A stretch of DNA of 64,000 bases from an uncultured Chloroflexia bacterium. GTDB lineage: Bacteria; Chloroflexota; UBA6077; JACCZL01. The stretch lies in assembly GCA_963765765.1 (NCBI GenBank), contig CAVXYC010000015.1, positions 128,001-192,000 on the forward strand, read 5' to 3'. Each line of letters starts with the position of its first letter. Position 1 is the first letter of the stretch. Below, piece by piece: positions 32,913-42,891 of the stretch. The notes beneath the pieces were generated by a model. The model searched no databases and was not told the origin of the DNA. It saw only the letters and a program-made list of their open reading frames with translations. The position numbers and the translations under genes are program-made.

Positions 32913-34028
32913 CTAACGGGCGCCGACGAAAGTCTTCATGCGGGATTCGATCCCTCGCCGGGCCAATTCCTGTTCGAACATGGCCAGGATGCGGGGGTCC
33001 TCATCCTCGTATTCGAGCTGCCGACCACCATCTTTGACTGACAGGTCCGCGCCCCGGTAGGTGTCCCGCTTGTACTGCATGACCGGGTAGCGAACATTGC
33101 CGAACCCCATGGCCAGGTAGCGCGACGGCTGCTCGGCCGTGTTGAAATGCTGGTGATAGTGCTCGCCCGCCCCGTTGCAGAACATCGTGCCCGGCTTCCA
33201 GTCCACCCGGATCGTATCGACCGGCGACTCGCCCTCCTGCCACAGCAGGCTGTAGCCGTGACCGGAGACGCAGAAGATGTAAACACCCGACTCACTGGGA
33301 CGTCGGTGCGCCTTCTTGTAGGTCCCTATGGGAAACTCCGAGACATGGGAGTGGAGCGTATTCTCCGCCAGGGAGAACATGATGCTCCTGCCGCCAGCTC
33401 CGCGTGCCGACCACTCCCGCAGCACGTCCAGCTTCTCCAGGCTGGGGACAAAGCTCGTCTCCCACTGGTGGCGCCCGGGGATGACCTCGCGGAACTCGCC
33501 CTCACCCCTGAGGTACTTAGCATCGGCAATGCGATCGTCGAAGACGAACGGATTGTCGAACACGAACGACTCATTGTGATAGAGATTCAACGCGATGGGC
33601 ATGCTGGTGAGCCCGATGAAGCGAGCCGGCTCCGTGCCCGAGCCGTTGAAGATCTGATACGGGGCATTGATGGGAATGGCGAAGAGACTTGTTGGGCCCC
33701 ATTCGAAGGACGTCTTGCCGCCCGGCACTTCCAGGGTTGTGGCGCCCCGACCGGAGAGCACAAATATGATCTCCTCATACATATGCTTCTCAGGGTTGAG
33801 CGATCCGCCCGGCGGAATCTCCGCAACGTAGCAGGTGACAAAGTCGCCGCGGCCGGGAATATGCAGGTATGCGCCGAGGCCGCCTCTGCGCTGCCACGGC
33901 TCCAGAGGTAGCGTCAGGCAATCCGCGGTCAGCATGTCTTCGTAAACCGGGATTCCCTCCTTCGTCAGGAAGTCCCGAAACGGATCCCGCATGAAGTACG
34001 GGTTGTTGGTTGGCAGCGTATCCGTCAT
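32913..34028 (-). CDS. Bicupin protein
   Basis: EIPPGG..EKHMYEE..VLSGRG; GTYKKAHR; HYHQHFN. Confidence 0.8.
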   Translation of the reverse strand: MTDTLPTNNPYFMRDPFRDFLTKEGIPVYEDMLTADCLTLPLEPWQRRGGLGAYLHIPGRGDFVTCYVAEIPPGGSLNPEKHMYEEIIFVLSGRGATTLEVPGGKTSFEWGPTSLFAIPINAPYQIFNGSGTEPARFIGLTSMPIALNLYHNESFVFDNPFVFDDRIADAKYLRGEGEFREVIPGRHQWETSFVPSLEKLDVLREWSARGAGGRSIMFSLAENTLHSHVSEFPIGTYKKAHRRPSESGVYIFCVSGHGYSLLWQEGESPVDTIRVDWKPGTMFCNGAGEHYHQHFNTAEQPSRYLAMGFGNVRYPVMQYKRDTYRGADLSVKDGGRQLEYEDEDPRILAMFEQELARRGIESRMKTFVGAR

Positions 34029-34335
34029 TGACGCCTCCTTGTCCTTTGCGGCACCAGCCTACCACCTCAAGGATCAGCCATCAAACGCGCTCGGATCGAA
34101 CATTCACATTGAATATGAATAGCCGCCTCGAGCTCGGCCACACCAGTCGGTAAGCGGATCGGCTTGCGTGCCTGTGGGCGGCTTCTCGTTCGGCGGTGTG
34201 GGCGCCTCGCGCGGTGACGGCCAGAAGCAGGTCCTGGAGCTCGGCATGTTTGCGGATGTCGAGAATGCGGTGTTCGCTCCGTCCCAGGGATATCAGCGGC
34301 CATGACGGGGCGCGCAAGGAAGAAGGAAAGCCATC

Positions 34336-34770
34336 ATGATCGAACGGATGGACAACGTCGGAATCATTGTTGACGACCTCAAGGCTACTATCGCGTTCTT
34401 TACCGAGCTTGGTCTGGAACTGGAGGGCGAGACGACGGTTGAGGGGAAATGGGTGGACGGCTGCGTCGGACTTGAGGGTGTGCGCTGTGACATCGCCATG
34501 ATGCGGACCCCGGACGGCCACAGCAAGCTCGAGCTGAGCAAGTTTCAGACGCCACGGGCTGTCACCGCTGAGCCAAACGCTCCGGTGAACACGCAAGGGC
34601 TACACCGCATCATGTTCGCCGTGACGGACCTCAGAGAGGTCCTTGCTCGCCTGCAGGCCCATGGCGCCACGCTCGTGGGCGAGGTGGTGCAGTATGAGGA
34701 CCTGTTCTGGCTCTGCTATGTCCGCGGTCCCGAAGGCATCATTGTCGCGCTGGCCGAGCAGATACGTTAA
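34336..34770 (+). CDS. VOC/glyoxalase family protein
   Basis: MDNVGIIVDDL..FF.ELGL, CYVRGPEGIIVALAE. Confidence 0.9.
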   Translation: MIERMDNVGIIVDDLKATIAFFTELGLELEGETTVEGKWVDGCVGLEGVRCDIAMMRTPDGHSKLELSKFQTPRAVTAEPNAPVNTQGLHRIMFAVTDLREVLARLQAHGATLVGEVVQYEDLFWLCYVRGPEGIIVALAEQIR

Positions 34771-34805
34771 CGGCCCCATCACGCCCGCCCCCAGAGCAGA
34801 AGGAG

Positions 34806-35315
34806 ATGGTAACCGTGCAACCGAACGAGATCACTGAGATTCTGAACCGACCGATCAGCCAGGAGCTGTTGGCCCGCGACCTGACCCGCCTGGCCTACGT
34901 CGCCAGGGACGGCACACCCCGCAATGTCCCGATCGCCTTCACCTGGAACGGCTCGGAGATCGTCATGTGCACTACGAAGAACGCCCCGAAGCTCCCGTCC
35001 CTGCGCGAGAACCCGATGGTTGCCCTGACGATCGATACCGAAGTGCACCCGCCGAAGATCTTGCTCATCCGCGGTCGGGCCGAGTTGGATTTCGTCGATG
35101 GCATCCCGGACGAGTATCTCAAGGCGACTAGCACCTATACGATGACGCCCGAGCAACGGGTCGAGTGGGAGGCGGAGGTGCGTTCGCTTTACCACGACGG
35201 CATGGTTCGGATCGTCGTAACTCCCACATGGGTGAAGCTCATCGACTTCGAGACGACTCTGCCGAGCGCGGTCGAGGAGCTGGTCCGAGAGCGGGAAGAG
35301 CGTCGGCGCGCCTGA
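34806..35315 (+). CDS. Pyridoxamine 5'-phosphate oxidase-like (split-barrel) protein
   Basis: RLAYVARDGTPRNVPI, K...LRENPMVALTID. Confidence 0.8.
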   Translation: MVTVQPNEITEILNRPISQELLARDLTRLAYVARDGTPRNVPIAFTWNGSEIVMCTTKNAPKLPSLRENPMVALTIDTEVHPPKILLIRGRAELDFVDGIPDEYLKATSTYTMTPEQRVEWEAEVRSLYHDGMVRIVVTPTWVKLIDFETTLPSAVEELVREREERRRA

Positions 35316-35587
35316 GCGCCGCGCAGTCAGAGGCGTTGGGTGGATCGCCCACGCCTCAACCCCACAGCGGTGCGCAGACAACGTTTACTCCCCCTGCCCG
35401 TTGATCGCTAATCCGCAAACCGAGTGCAGCTCCAGACGACGGCGGCGCGTGCAAGCGTCTGGTTGATATGTCGGGTGTGGGCTCGGTAAAGACTGCGATA
35501 CGAGTCCGGCGCGACATCCGCATCCTCTGCCGCGCCGGACTCATGTGCGGCTTCTCAAGGGCTGATTGAGAGACCGAGGGTGCCACC

Positions 35588-35908
35588 ATGGCCAAACTGA
35601 TCTACGACGCGTGTACGTCGCTCGATGGTTATGTTGCGGATGAAAACGGCAACTTCGATTGGGCGGAGCTGGATGACGAAGTCTATGCCTTCATTAACAA
35701 CCGCGAGAGGCAGATCGGCACCTATCTCTTTGGGCGCAAGATGTATGAGACGATGGCCGTTTGGGAGACGCCAGAGGTCATTCCGGATCCCCCAGCAGCC
35801 GCGCTGGAGTTCGTACCGATCTGGCAGGCGGCTGAAAAGATCGTGTACTCGGGAACGCTGCAGACGGTCTCTACGGCCGATACGCGGCTCGAGCGGAAGT
35901 TCGATTGA
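35588..35908 (+). pseudogene. Dihydrofolate reductase/RibD-C family, C-terminally truncated
   Basis: SLDGYVAD, LFGRKMYE, KIVYS; stops before the GG motif. Confidence 0.75.
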
Positions 35909-36121
35909 TAGCTGGACTGCGGGTCGCGTGCACGCAGTTTCAACCCGAATCGGATTAAAGGCACGCTGTTGCTCACGTGGTATGCTCCTGTCACCCCCGC
36001 GGACGCTGACATGCTCTGAGCCATTCAATCAGCGCTGGATACCGCGTGCGGCGCACCACGGCCTCCCAGCCGTCTTGTGGACGGGATGCTCACCTGACAG
36101 AATGGATAGAGCATGTGCGCA

Positions 36122-36769
36122 ATGACACACTCGAACCCAAACGATACGGAGCCTATTCATTTCGCGGGTGGGGTGCTCGACAAGTATCGGCACGTGTGTG
36201 CGTTCTTTCCGGCGCCTGACGATGAGCACCGCGTGCTTGACCCGTACGTCCGCGAGGGACTCCATCGTGGCGAGAAAGCATTTCACATCGTAGATCCCGC
36301 TTTGCGCGATGACTACGTGCGCCGTCTCGCTGCAGCCGATATCGACATCGTCGACGGTATGTCGCGTGGTCAGTTCGAGCTGTGCACCTGGGACGAGGCG
36401 TACCTTCGCAATGGGCATTTCGACCAGGATTCCATGCTTGCCCTTATTCAGGAGGTATTGGACGGCGGGCGGCAAGCGGGATACCCTCTCACCCGCCTCG
36501 TGGCACACATGGAGTGGGCCCTCGAGGACCGTCCCGGAGTGGACGATCTCGTGGAATACGAAACGCGCCTTAACTATGTCTTACCGCGCTATCGGGACCC
36601 GGTCATATGACTGTATGAGACCGCCAAGTTTGGCGGCGGCATCGTGATGGACATCTTGCGCACGCACCCAATGGCAATCATGGGTGGGGTGTTGCGCGAG
36701 AATCCGTTCTTCGTTCCTCCGGATGAGTTTCTCCAGGAACTTCGCGAACGCGCGCGCGACCGTGCATGA
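36122..36769 (+). CDS. MEDS-domain sensory protein with in-frame TGA (36608-36610), candidate selenocysteine
   Basis: HVCAFF, YLRNGHFD, MEWAL, EYETRLN, then DPVI*LYETAKF...DILRTHP...ENPFFVPPDEFL in the same frame. Confidence 0.85.
36611..36640 (+). promoter_or_regulatory. Putative bacterial SECIS element
   Basis: TGA + 10 nt + CCGCCA-AGTT-TGGCGG hairpin; loop starts after a 16-nt spacer from UGA, with G in position 2. Confidence 0.55.
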
Positions 36770-36799
36770 GCCGCCCGAGGACGGAACTTAGGCTGTAGC

Positions 36800-38503
36800 G
36801 TGTCGGAGCGAGAGGTATCACGGGCGGCGGAAGGGGATCCGGCGCGCGAGTTGGCGGCGCTGCTCGCATTACCGGCGACGTGGAAAGGATGCGAGCCGGC
36901 TGCCATCGCGACCAGCATGCTCGACGCACTTGTGAGCCTTCTGCGCCTCGACATCGCTTACCTCGATCTCGATGACGGCCGCGTCGAGCGTGCGTGGCCA
37001 CCGGCCACGAGGTTCCCGCCGAAACTGGCTGACGTGGTGCGGGCGCGAATCGAGGATGGCGATATCGCTCCGATCCTAACCACGCCAGATCCGGCTCGTG
37101 ACGGAGCATTTCGGGTCGCCGGCCTCGCTCTCAAGCCGATGGGCCACGCTGGGCTCATCGCGGTTGGTTCCCGGCGTCCCAGCTTCCCAAGTCCGTTCGA
37201 GTCGTTCTTGCTGAGCATGGCGGCGGAGCAGGCACTCATCGCAATCGACACGGCGTTGCTGATCGCGCGAGAACAACGGCGCGCCCGACAACTGCGCGCA
37301 CTCACGGAGGCCGCAGCAGACATTAACGCCGCTGTGAGCACCACGGAGGCGCTGCAGCGCATCACGGACCGGGCTCGGGACATTATTGGTGCACACCAGG
37401 CGATGACGAGCCTTTCAGTGGACCAGGCAGCCGCGCCAGAAATCACCGCCATCTCCTTCTCGAGCAAGTACGAGCGCCACCGAAGCACCACGGTAGACCG
37501 CAGCCGATCGGGCTTAAGCGCACTCGTCTGTCACGAAAATCGGCCATATCGGCTGACACACGAGGAGCTCCTGAGCCACCCGGCCTGGCGCGGCGGTGAT
37601 CACGGAGATCAAGAACGCCCGCCGCTGCGCGGCTGGCTGGCCGCTCCGCTGATCGGGCGGGATGGGGAAAACCTGGGGCTGATAGAGCTCTCGGATCGCA
37701 ACCGCGGCGACTTCACGGAGAACGATGAAGCGATCCTAGTGCAGCTCGCGCACCTGGCGTCGGTGGCAATTCAGAATACTCACCTCTACGAACAAGCGCG
37801 TCGGGCTCTAAGCCTTCGCGACGAGTTCCTGGCGCAGGCGGCTCACGAGCTGAAGTCGCCCCTGACAGCCCTGAAGGGATACGTTCAGCTCTCTGCACGC
37901 CGCGGAGGGGCGGACCCGTTCAGTGCTCGCATGGTGACCCAGGTGAACCGCCTCGATCGTCTCGTTGGTGACCTTATCAGCGTGGTTCGGCTGGAGACTG
38001 GACAGCTCGAACTGGTTCGTCAAGAGACAGACCTCATCACCGTTGCGGAGTCCTGCATCGGTGCGGCTCAAGCCCTATCCGTGCGTCACGTTATCAGTTT
38101 GGAGTGCGCCCCAGCCTCGCTGGTTGGGAGGTGGGACCCGGATCGTCTGACCCAAGTGTTTGAGAACTTGCTCGCAAACGCGGTTAAGTACTCGCCGGGT
38201 GGAGGTGAGATCCGTGTCCAAATTCGAATGGTGGGGGCGGAGGTCCGCGTTTCGGTGCACGACGCTGGAGCGGGGATCGCAGCAGATGTGCTCCCCCGAT
38301 TGTTCGAGCGATTCTACCGGGCCCCAAGTGTCGCGCGTGAGGTCGACGGGCTCGGACTCGGACTGACGATCACGCGATCGATCATAGAAGGGCACGGGGG
38401 CCGGATTTGGGCGGAGAGCGCGGGCGAGCAGCGGGGCAGCACGTTCGCCTTCACGTTACCGCTAAATCGACTCCACACGCGGACAGGCGAGTACAGCGGC
38501 TGA
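36800..38503 (+). CDS. GAF-domain sensor histidine kinase
   Basis: RGWLAAPL..GDFT..DE GAF; AHELKSPL H-box; NLLANAVKY, D.G.GI, GLGLGL. Confidence 0.92.
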   Translation: MSEREVSRAAEGDPARELAALLALPATWKGCEPAAIATSMLDALVSLLRLDIAYLDLDDGRVERAWPPATRFPPKLADVVRARIEDGDIAPILTTPDPARDGAFRVAGLALKPMGHAGLIAVGSRRPSFPSPFESFLLSMAAEQALIAIDTALLIAREQRRARQLRALTEAAADINAAVSTTEALQRITDRARDIIGAHQAMTSLSVDQAAAPEITAISFSSKYERHRSTTVDRSRSGLSALVCHENRPYRLTHEELLSHPAWRGGDHGDQERPPLRGWLAAPLIGRDGENLGLIELSDRNRGDFTENDEAILVQLAHLASVAIQNTHLYEQARRALSLRDEFLAQAAHELKSPLTALKGYVQLSARRGGADPFSARMVTQVNRLDRLVGDLISVVRLETGQLELVRQETDLITVAESCIGAAQALSVRHVISLECAPASLVGRWDPDRLTQVFENLLANAVKYSPGGGEIRVQIRMVGAEVRVSVHDAGAGIAADVLPRLFERFYRAPSVAREVDGLGLGLTITRSIIEGHGGRIWAESAGEQRGSTFAFTLPLNRLHTRTGEYSG

Positions 38504-38758
38504 TGTAGACCTTCCGGCTCGCCATCAGCCACGGCGACAAGTCATCTCGTACGCGGGCAGAGGCAGTTTATCCAGAGCAGACCCGAACTCGGGCCGATCA
38601 GTGAGTCACCCGTTGCGGCGCCCGTGCCCTCAAGCACGGCGTGGTGCTCACGAGAGCCTGCGACGGAACAATCGCAGATCCGATGCGCCGCCCATTGCGT
38701 CGTGGCCCGGAAGGTGCATCGTGAGTGTAGCGAGCGGCTCGCCCGCGATCGGATCATC

Positions 38759-39142
38759 ATGCTCTGCAACCATTCCGTACTCCTCGTCGACGATCATGCC
38801 GATATACGAGACATCCTGAATTTCGTGCTTGCGGACGAGGGCTACAACGTTCTAAGTGCAAAGAATGGCGTTGAGGCCCTTGAAATGGTTCGAGACGACA
38901 CCTTCGCCGTCATCTTGATCGATGTCCAGATGCCGGTCATGGACGGCGTGGAATTCATTCGCAGATACCGGGCACTGCCGGGCCACAAGGCACAACTCAT
39001 CATCATGACTGCGGGCCAGAACGCGAAGATGTACGCCGAACTAGTCGGCGCTGATGCCTATCTCGCGAAGCCGTTTGAGCTCGACGATGTGCCCGAGATC
39101 GTGGGCAAGCTTGCTGGCAGAGTGTCGACGGACAGATGTTAG
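38759..39142 (+). CDS. Single-domain response regulator
   Basis: LLVDD, IDVQMPVMDG, MTA, KPF. Confidence 0.92.
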   Translation: MLCNHSVLLVDDHADIRDILNFVLADEGYNVLSAKNGVEALEMVRDDTFAVILIDVQMPVMDGVEFIRRYRALPGHKAQLIIMTAGQNAKMYAELVGADAYLAKPFELDDVPEIVGKLAGRVSTDRC

Positions 39143-39349
39143 GAGTTGGAGGTGGCAATCGTTGTATCCGCTCAGGCACAGAACTCATCTAGCTAGTGTC
39201 GTGCAGTGTGCCAGAGCGCATTAGTCAGCATGCAATGTGGGCCCCCAGGAAATGATAAGAAAAGGGGAAAGGGAGCAGACGGTTGACAGTATCGTCACCC
39301 TGACGAATAGTGGCAAGCGTCAGACCGCCTACCCGCCCGACAAGGAGTT

Positions 39350-39664
39350 GTGATGTTCATGCAGCTGATCCGTGTCAGGGTACGGCCCGACGCGTGGGAC
39401 AAGTTGGGGGCACTCGACGAGCGGTGGGAGAAGGAGCAGGCGTCAATCGCGCCCGGATTCCGGGGCACCACGATCTTGCGCGAGATCGATGCGCCTGACC
39501 GGGCCATCCTGACGGTCCTGTTCGAGAGCCGGGAGCTGGCACAACGGAACTCCGATCGGCCTGAGACGAATGCCTGGTACCGGGAACTGCTTACACTCGT
39601 GGAAGGGGAACCCGAATTCATCGGCACCGACGTATTCCGCTCCTACCTGCGTGAGGTTAAGTGA
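39350..39664 (+). CDS. ABM-like dimeric alpha/beta barrel protein
   Basis: RBS aaggag; APGFRG..., FESRE.A..NS.RPET pattern. Confidence 0.55.
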   Translation: MMFMQLIRVRVRPDAWDKLGALDERWEKEQASIAPGFRGTTILREIDAPDRAILTVLFESRELAQRNSDRPETNAWYRELLTLVEGEPEFIGTDVFRSYLREVK

Positions 39665-40061
39665 TTCACCGGTCCACAGGGTAAACGACCGAACTGGGAT
39701 TTTCGGTTGACACAACTACGCTGTTGTCAGGCCAACGCCTAATCCGATCTCTCACTAGCATGGATGCGCAATGTGCCACCGACCGGACGGAGGCGTCAGC
39801 GGTTTGTGGCCTGCTGTGCGATGTGGTTGCGTATGGCTCGGGCTCCGTCGTAAGTCCCGTTGCCAAAGAGGCTGTTGACTTGCGGCGTCGTCAACAATGC
39901 CGCCGATGCGCATCAATTCGGTGAGGACTTCTGGGTCGTTCAGCGCAGAACGAGCGCTTTGCGTCAAGCCTGGATGAGCTGCGTTACAGTCAGCGTTGCT
40001 GTCACCTGCGGCCGCCGCCCTGGTCAATCGCCAATTAATGCCAACAATTGAACTTGAATTC

Positions 40062-40148
40062 TGGTGCCGGGGACGGGATTCGAACCCGTACGCCCTCGCA
40101 GGCAGCGGAGTTGAAGTCCGCCGAGTCTGCCGTTTCACCACCCTGAGC
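40062..40148 (-). tRNA. Degenerate tRNA-Leu-like gene with nominal anticodon UCA
   Basis: GCTCAGGG TG GTG AAACGGCAGA CTC G GCGGA CTTCAAC TCCGC, long variable arm, ACGGG TTCGAAT CCCGT, CCCCGGC A CCA; mismatches in acceptor and D stems. Confidence 0.8.
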
Positions 40149-40254
40149 AGGTTTGTCAGCGCGTCGGTTGAAGATACTGCTGGAGGGGCGCTGAGTGCTG
40201 TGAACAACGCGCGCAGCAACTGTTCAGAGTAGAGAGAGAGCGAGAGATCGTAGT

Positions 40255-40372
40255 CGTAGCACGGGGGCTTGTCCACTGTGCTTGGGCATCGGGCCGGCGA
40301 TTTCGCGGTTTACGAGCCCGACAATGATGGCTAATTGCACTCCAGGCTCAAGGGACAGGCCCCCGTGCTACG
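40255..40372. repeat. GTAG-type REP pair (GTAGCACGGGG family)
   Basis: cgtagcacgggggcttgtcc 40255-40274 inverted with 40353-40372. Confidence 0.8.
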
Positions 40373-40473
40373 AGGACCGCCTCGTGAGTCTGAACACTTA
40401 CCGCGCGCAGTTAGAGCTTGCGTGAATCCCGAAGTTGGCGCAGGATTAGCCCAGGTTCGCAAGGGGGTTCACA

Positions 40474-42186
40474 ATGCCGTACGACCTGCTCATCAAGAAC
40501 GGTACGGTGATCGACGGCTCCGGCATGCCGCGTTTTCGCGCGGATGTCGGTGTGAGCCGTGGCAAGATCGCGCGCATCGGCCGCATCCGCGAGGCTGCCA
40601 GGGAAGTCATTGACGCCGAGGGCCATGTGGTCGCACCTGGCTTCGTCGACGGCCATACGCACATGGATGCGCAGGTTTTCTGGGATCCGCTCGGCACCTC
40701 GTCGTGCTATCACGGCATCACCAGTGTGGTCATGGGTAATTGCGGGTTCACGCTGGCGCCCTGCGCCGACGAGGACAAGCATCTCGTGGTGCGTAATCTC
40801 CAGCGCGCCGAGGACATCCCGCCGGCGGCGATGGAAGCGGGCATCAAGTGGAGCTGGACGACGTACCCGGAATATCTGGAGGCGTTAGAAAAACTGCCGA
40901 AGGGTATCAACTACGCGAGCTACGTCGGTCACTCGGCGATTCGTACGTTTGTGATGGGTGAGCGCGCCTATAGCGAAACCGCGAGCGAAGACGATCTCAG
41001 GGCCATGGAACAACAAGTGCGCGACGCGATTAGCGCGGGCGCCGTCGGCTTCACCACGTCGCGCTCACCCGCCCACGAAACGCCGGAAGCCATGCCCGTG
41101 GCTAGCCGCAAAGCGGCGTGGGAAGAAGTGCGCCGGCTGGTCAACGTGATGGGTGATCTGGGCGCGGGGCTATTCGAAATCGCCGGCGAAGGCGTGGATC
41201 GCACCGCGGGTGACCCAGGTGTGCGCGAGTACCATGAACGGCTGCGCGATCTCGCGGTCGAATCCGGCCGCCCTATTACTTTCGGCGTCTTCAGCCGCCG
41301 CAACGTGCCCGGCACCTGGCAACAGTACCTCGACCTCCTGGACGAGACGGCCGCCGCGGGCGGTCGCATGTTCGCGCAAGTGCACACACGTGCGCTGTCC
41401 GCTCTCGTGTCGTTCAAAACGCAAACGCCATTCGATCGCCTGCCAGTCTGGAAAGACATACGCGCGTTACCGGACGCGGAACAACAAGCCAGGCTCGCCG
41501 ACCCGGCGCTGCGCCAAGCGCTGATCGAGAATTCCAGTGCACGGACGGACCGCGAAGCTCGCGGCACGGAAGCTCAGCCGGCCGACTACGACTGGCTGTT
41601 CGTGCTCGACACCGTCGAAGGCCCGCACCGCTCGGTGGCCGAGGTGGCGCGCGAACGCGGCCAGCATCCAGCCGAGACCATGATCGAGCTCGCACTGGAA
41701 AAGGACCTGAACCAGTTTTTCCTGCAGCCCATTGCCAACGAAGATCAGGACATCGCGCTCACACTCATGCGTCACCCGCGCACGGTGACCACCTTCTCCG
41801 ATTCTGGCGCGCACGTCTCGCAGCTCATGGATTCCTCGCTGCAGACGCACCTGCTGTATCACTGGGTGCGCACCAAGCAGGCGTTCACGCTAGAACAGGC
41901 CGTGCGCATGCTCTCGTTCGTGCCCGCGACGTCCTGGGGCTTTCACGACCGTGGTTTGCTCCGCGAAGGCATGGCCGCCGATATCGTGGTGTTCGACCCG
42001 GACACCATCATGGCGGAACTTCCCGAAGTGGTGGATGACCTGCCCGCGGGCGCGCGCCGCCTAGTCCAGCGCACACGTGGCGTAAAGGCCACCGTCGTCA
42101 ACGGCGAAGTGTTGCTATGCGATGGCGAACACACCGGTGCGCTGCCGGGCAAGCTGCTGCGCGGGCCGTTGGGGCAAATGGCTTAA
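40474..42186 (+). CDS. N-acyl-D-amino-acid deacylase family amidohydrolase
   Basis: NGTVIDGSG, PGFVDGHTH.D, GNCG, SDSGAH, ADIVVFDP. Confidence 0.9.
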   Translation: MPYDLLIKNGTVIDGSGMPRFRADVGVSRGKIARIGRIREAAREVIDAEGHVVAPGFVDGHTHMDAQVFWDPLGTSSCYHGITSVVMGNCGFTLAPCADEDKHLVVRNLQRAEDIPPAAMEAGIKWSWTTYPEYLEALEKLPKGINYASYVGHSAIRTFVMGERAYSETASEDDLRAMEQQVRDAISAGAVGFTTSRSPAHETPEAMPVASRKAAWEEVRRLVNVMGDLGAGLFEIAGEGVDRTAGDPGVREYHERLRDLAVESGRPITFGVFSRRNVPGTWQQYLDLLDETAAAGGRMFAQVHTRALSALVSFKTQTPFDRLPVWKDIRALPDAEQQARLADPALRQALIENSSARTDREARGTEAQPADYDWLFVLDTVEGPHRSVAEVARERGQHPAETMIELALEKDLNQFFLQPIANEDQDIALTLMRHPRTVTTFSDSGAHVSQLMDSSLQTHLLYHWVRTKQAFTLEQAVRMLSFVPATSWGFHDRGLLREGMAADIVVFDPDTIMAELPEVVDDLPAGARRLVQRTRGVKATVVNGEVLLCDGEHTGALPGKLLRGPLGQMA

Positions 42187-42891
42187 CAAAAACGTGGGCC
42201 CAGGAGTGGGCATCGGCTCCAACTAATTCGTGGATTGATGCGATATTTCAGTCGTAGGGCGTCCCTTCACGGGGCGCCCACCGGCATCTTGCATTGCGAT
42301 CGGCCGTCCGAGAGACCGAAGGGCGCCCGTGAAGGGACGGCTACGAGACTCCAAGCAGGCTATGGCCTCCGCCTTTTGGAGTGCGCGTGGCCGCGACACC
42401 GCTTTCCCTTCCGCGATCGCTTCGGACAAGAGCATCTGGAATGTGGACATTCGCCGAAAAGAAAGTGGTGTCGCGGCCACGCGCACTCCAAGAAAGGGCA
42501 TGGCGGATCCACGGATGCGCCCAAGAGTGCCACACGTGACCCTGGAGACGCGCCTGGCCGGGCCGACAGCTCTCTTGAGGCGAGCGTTGACCGACGAGCC
42601 AGTCGGACGGTGTCGACAGACGCCAGCCCACGTCCCAGAGACGAGAGGCCTTTGCCGCGTGATGAATAGCGGGGAAGTTATTTCTCCGATGGCCAGGTAA
42701 CTAGTGCCCTCCGGGTCTCGGATTCAGAAATGTCCGCGTTCAGCCTTACCTCATCGCAATCGGAACATCTTGTGTAACAAGTGGGTAGCCCTTACACTCC
42801 GTCCATCAAATGTTCTGGATGGCTCTCTGCGCCTATATTTCGTTTGATGTACATACGGTGATCCGGCGATTTTGCGCGAAGGGCTGCCTGC

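Noticed and set aside
40062-40148. Canonical tRNA-Sec (selC)
   Set aside because: The anticodon is UCA, but the body is Leu-like: A73, short D stem, no 8-bp acceptor stem
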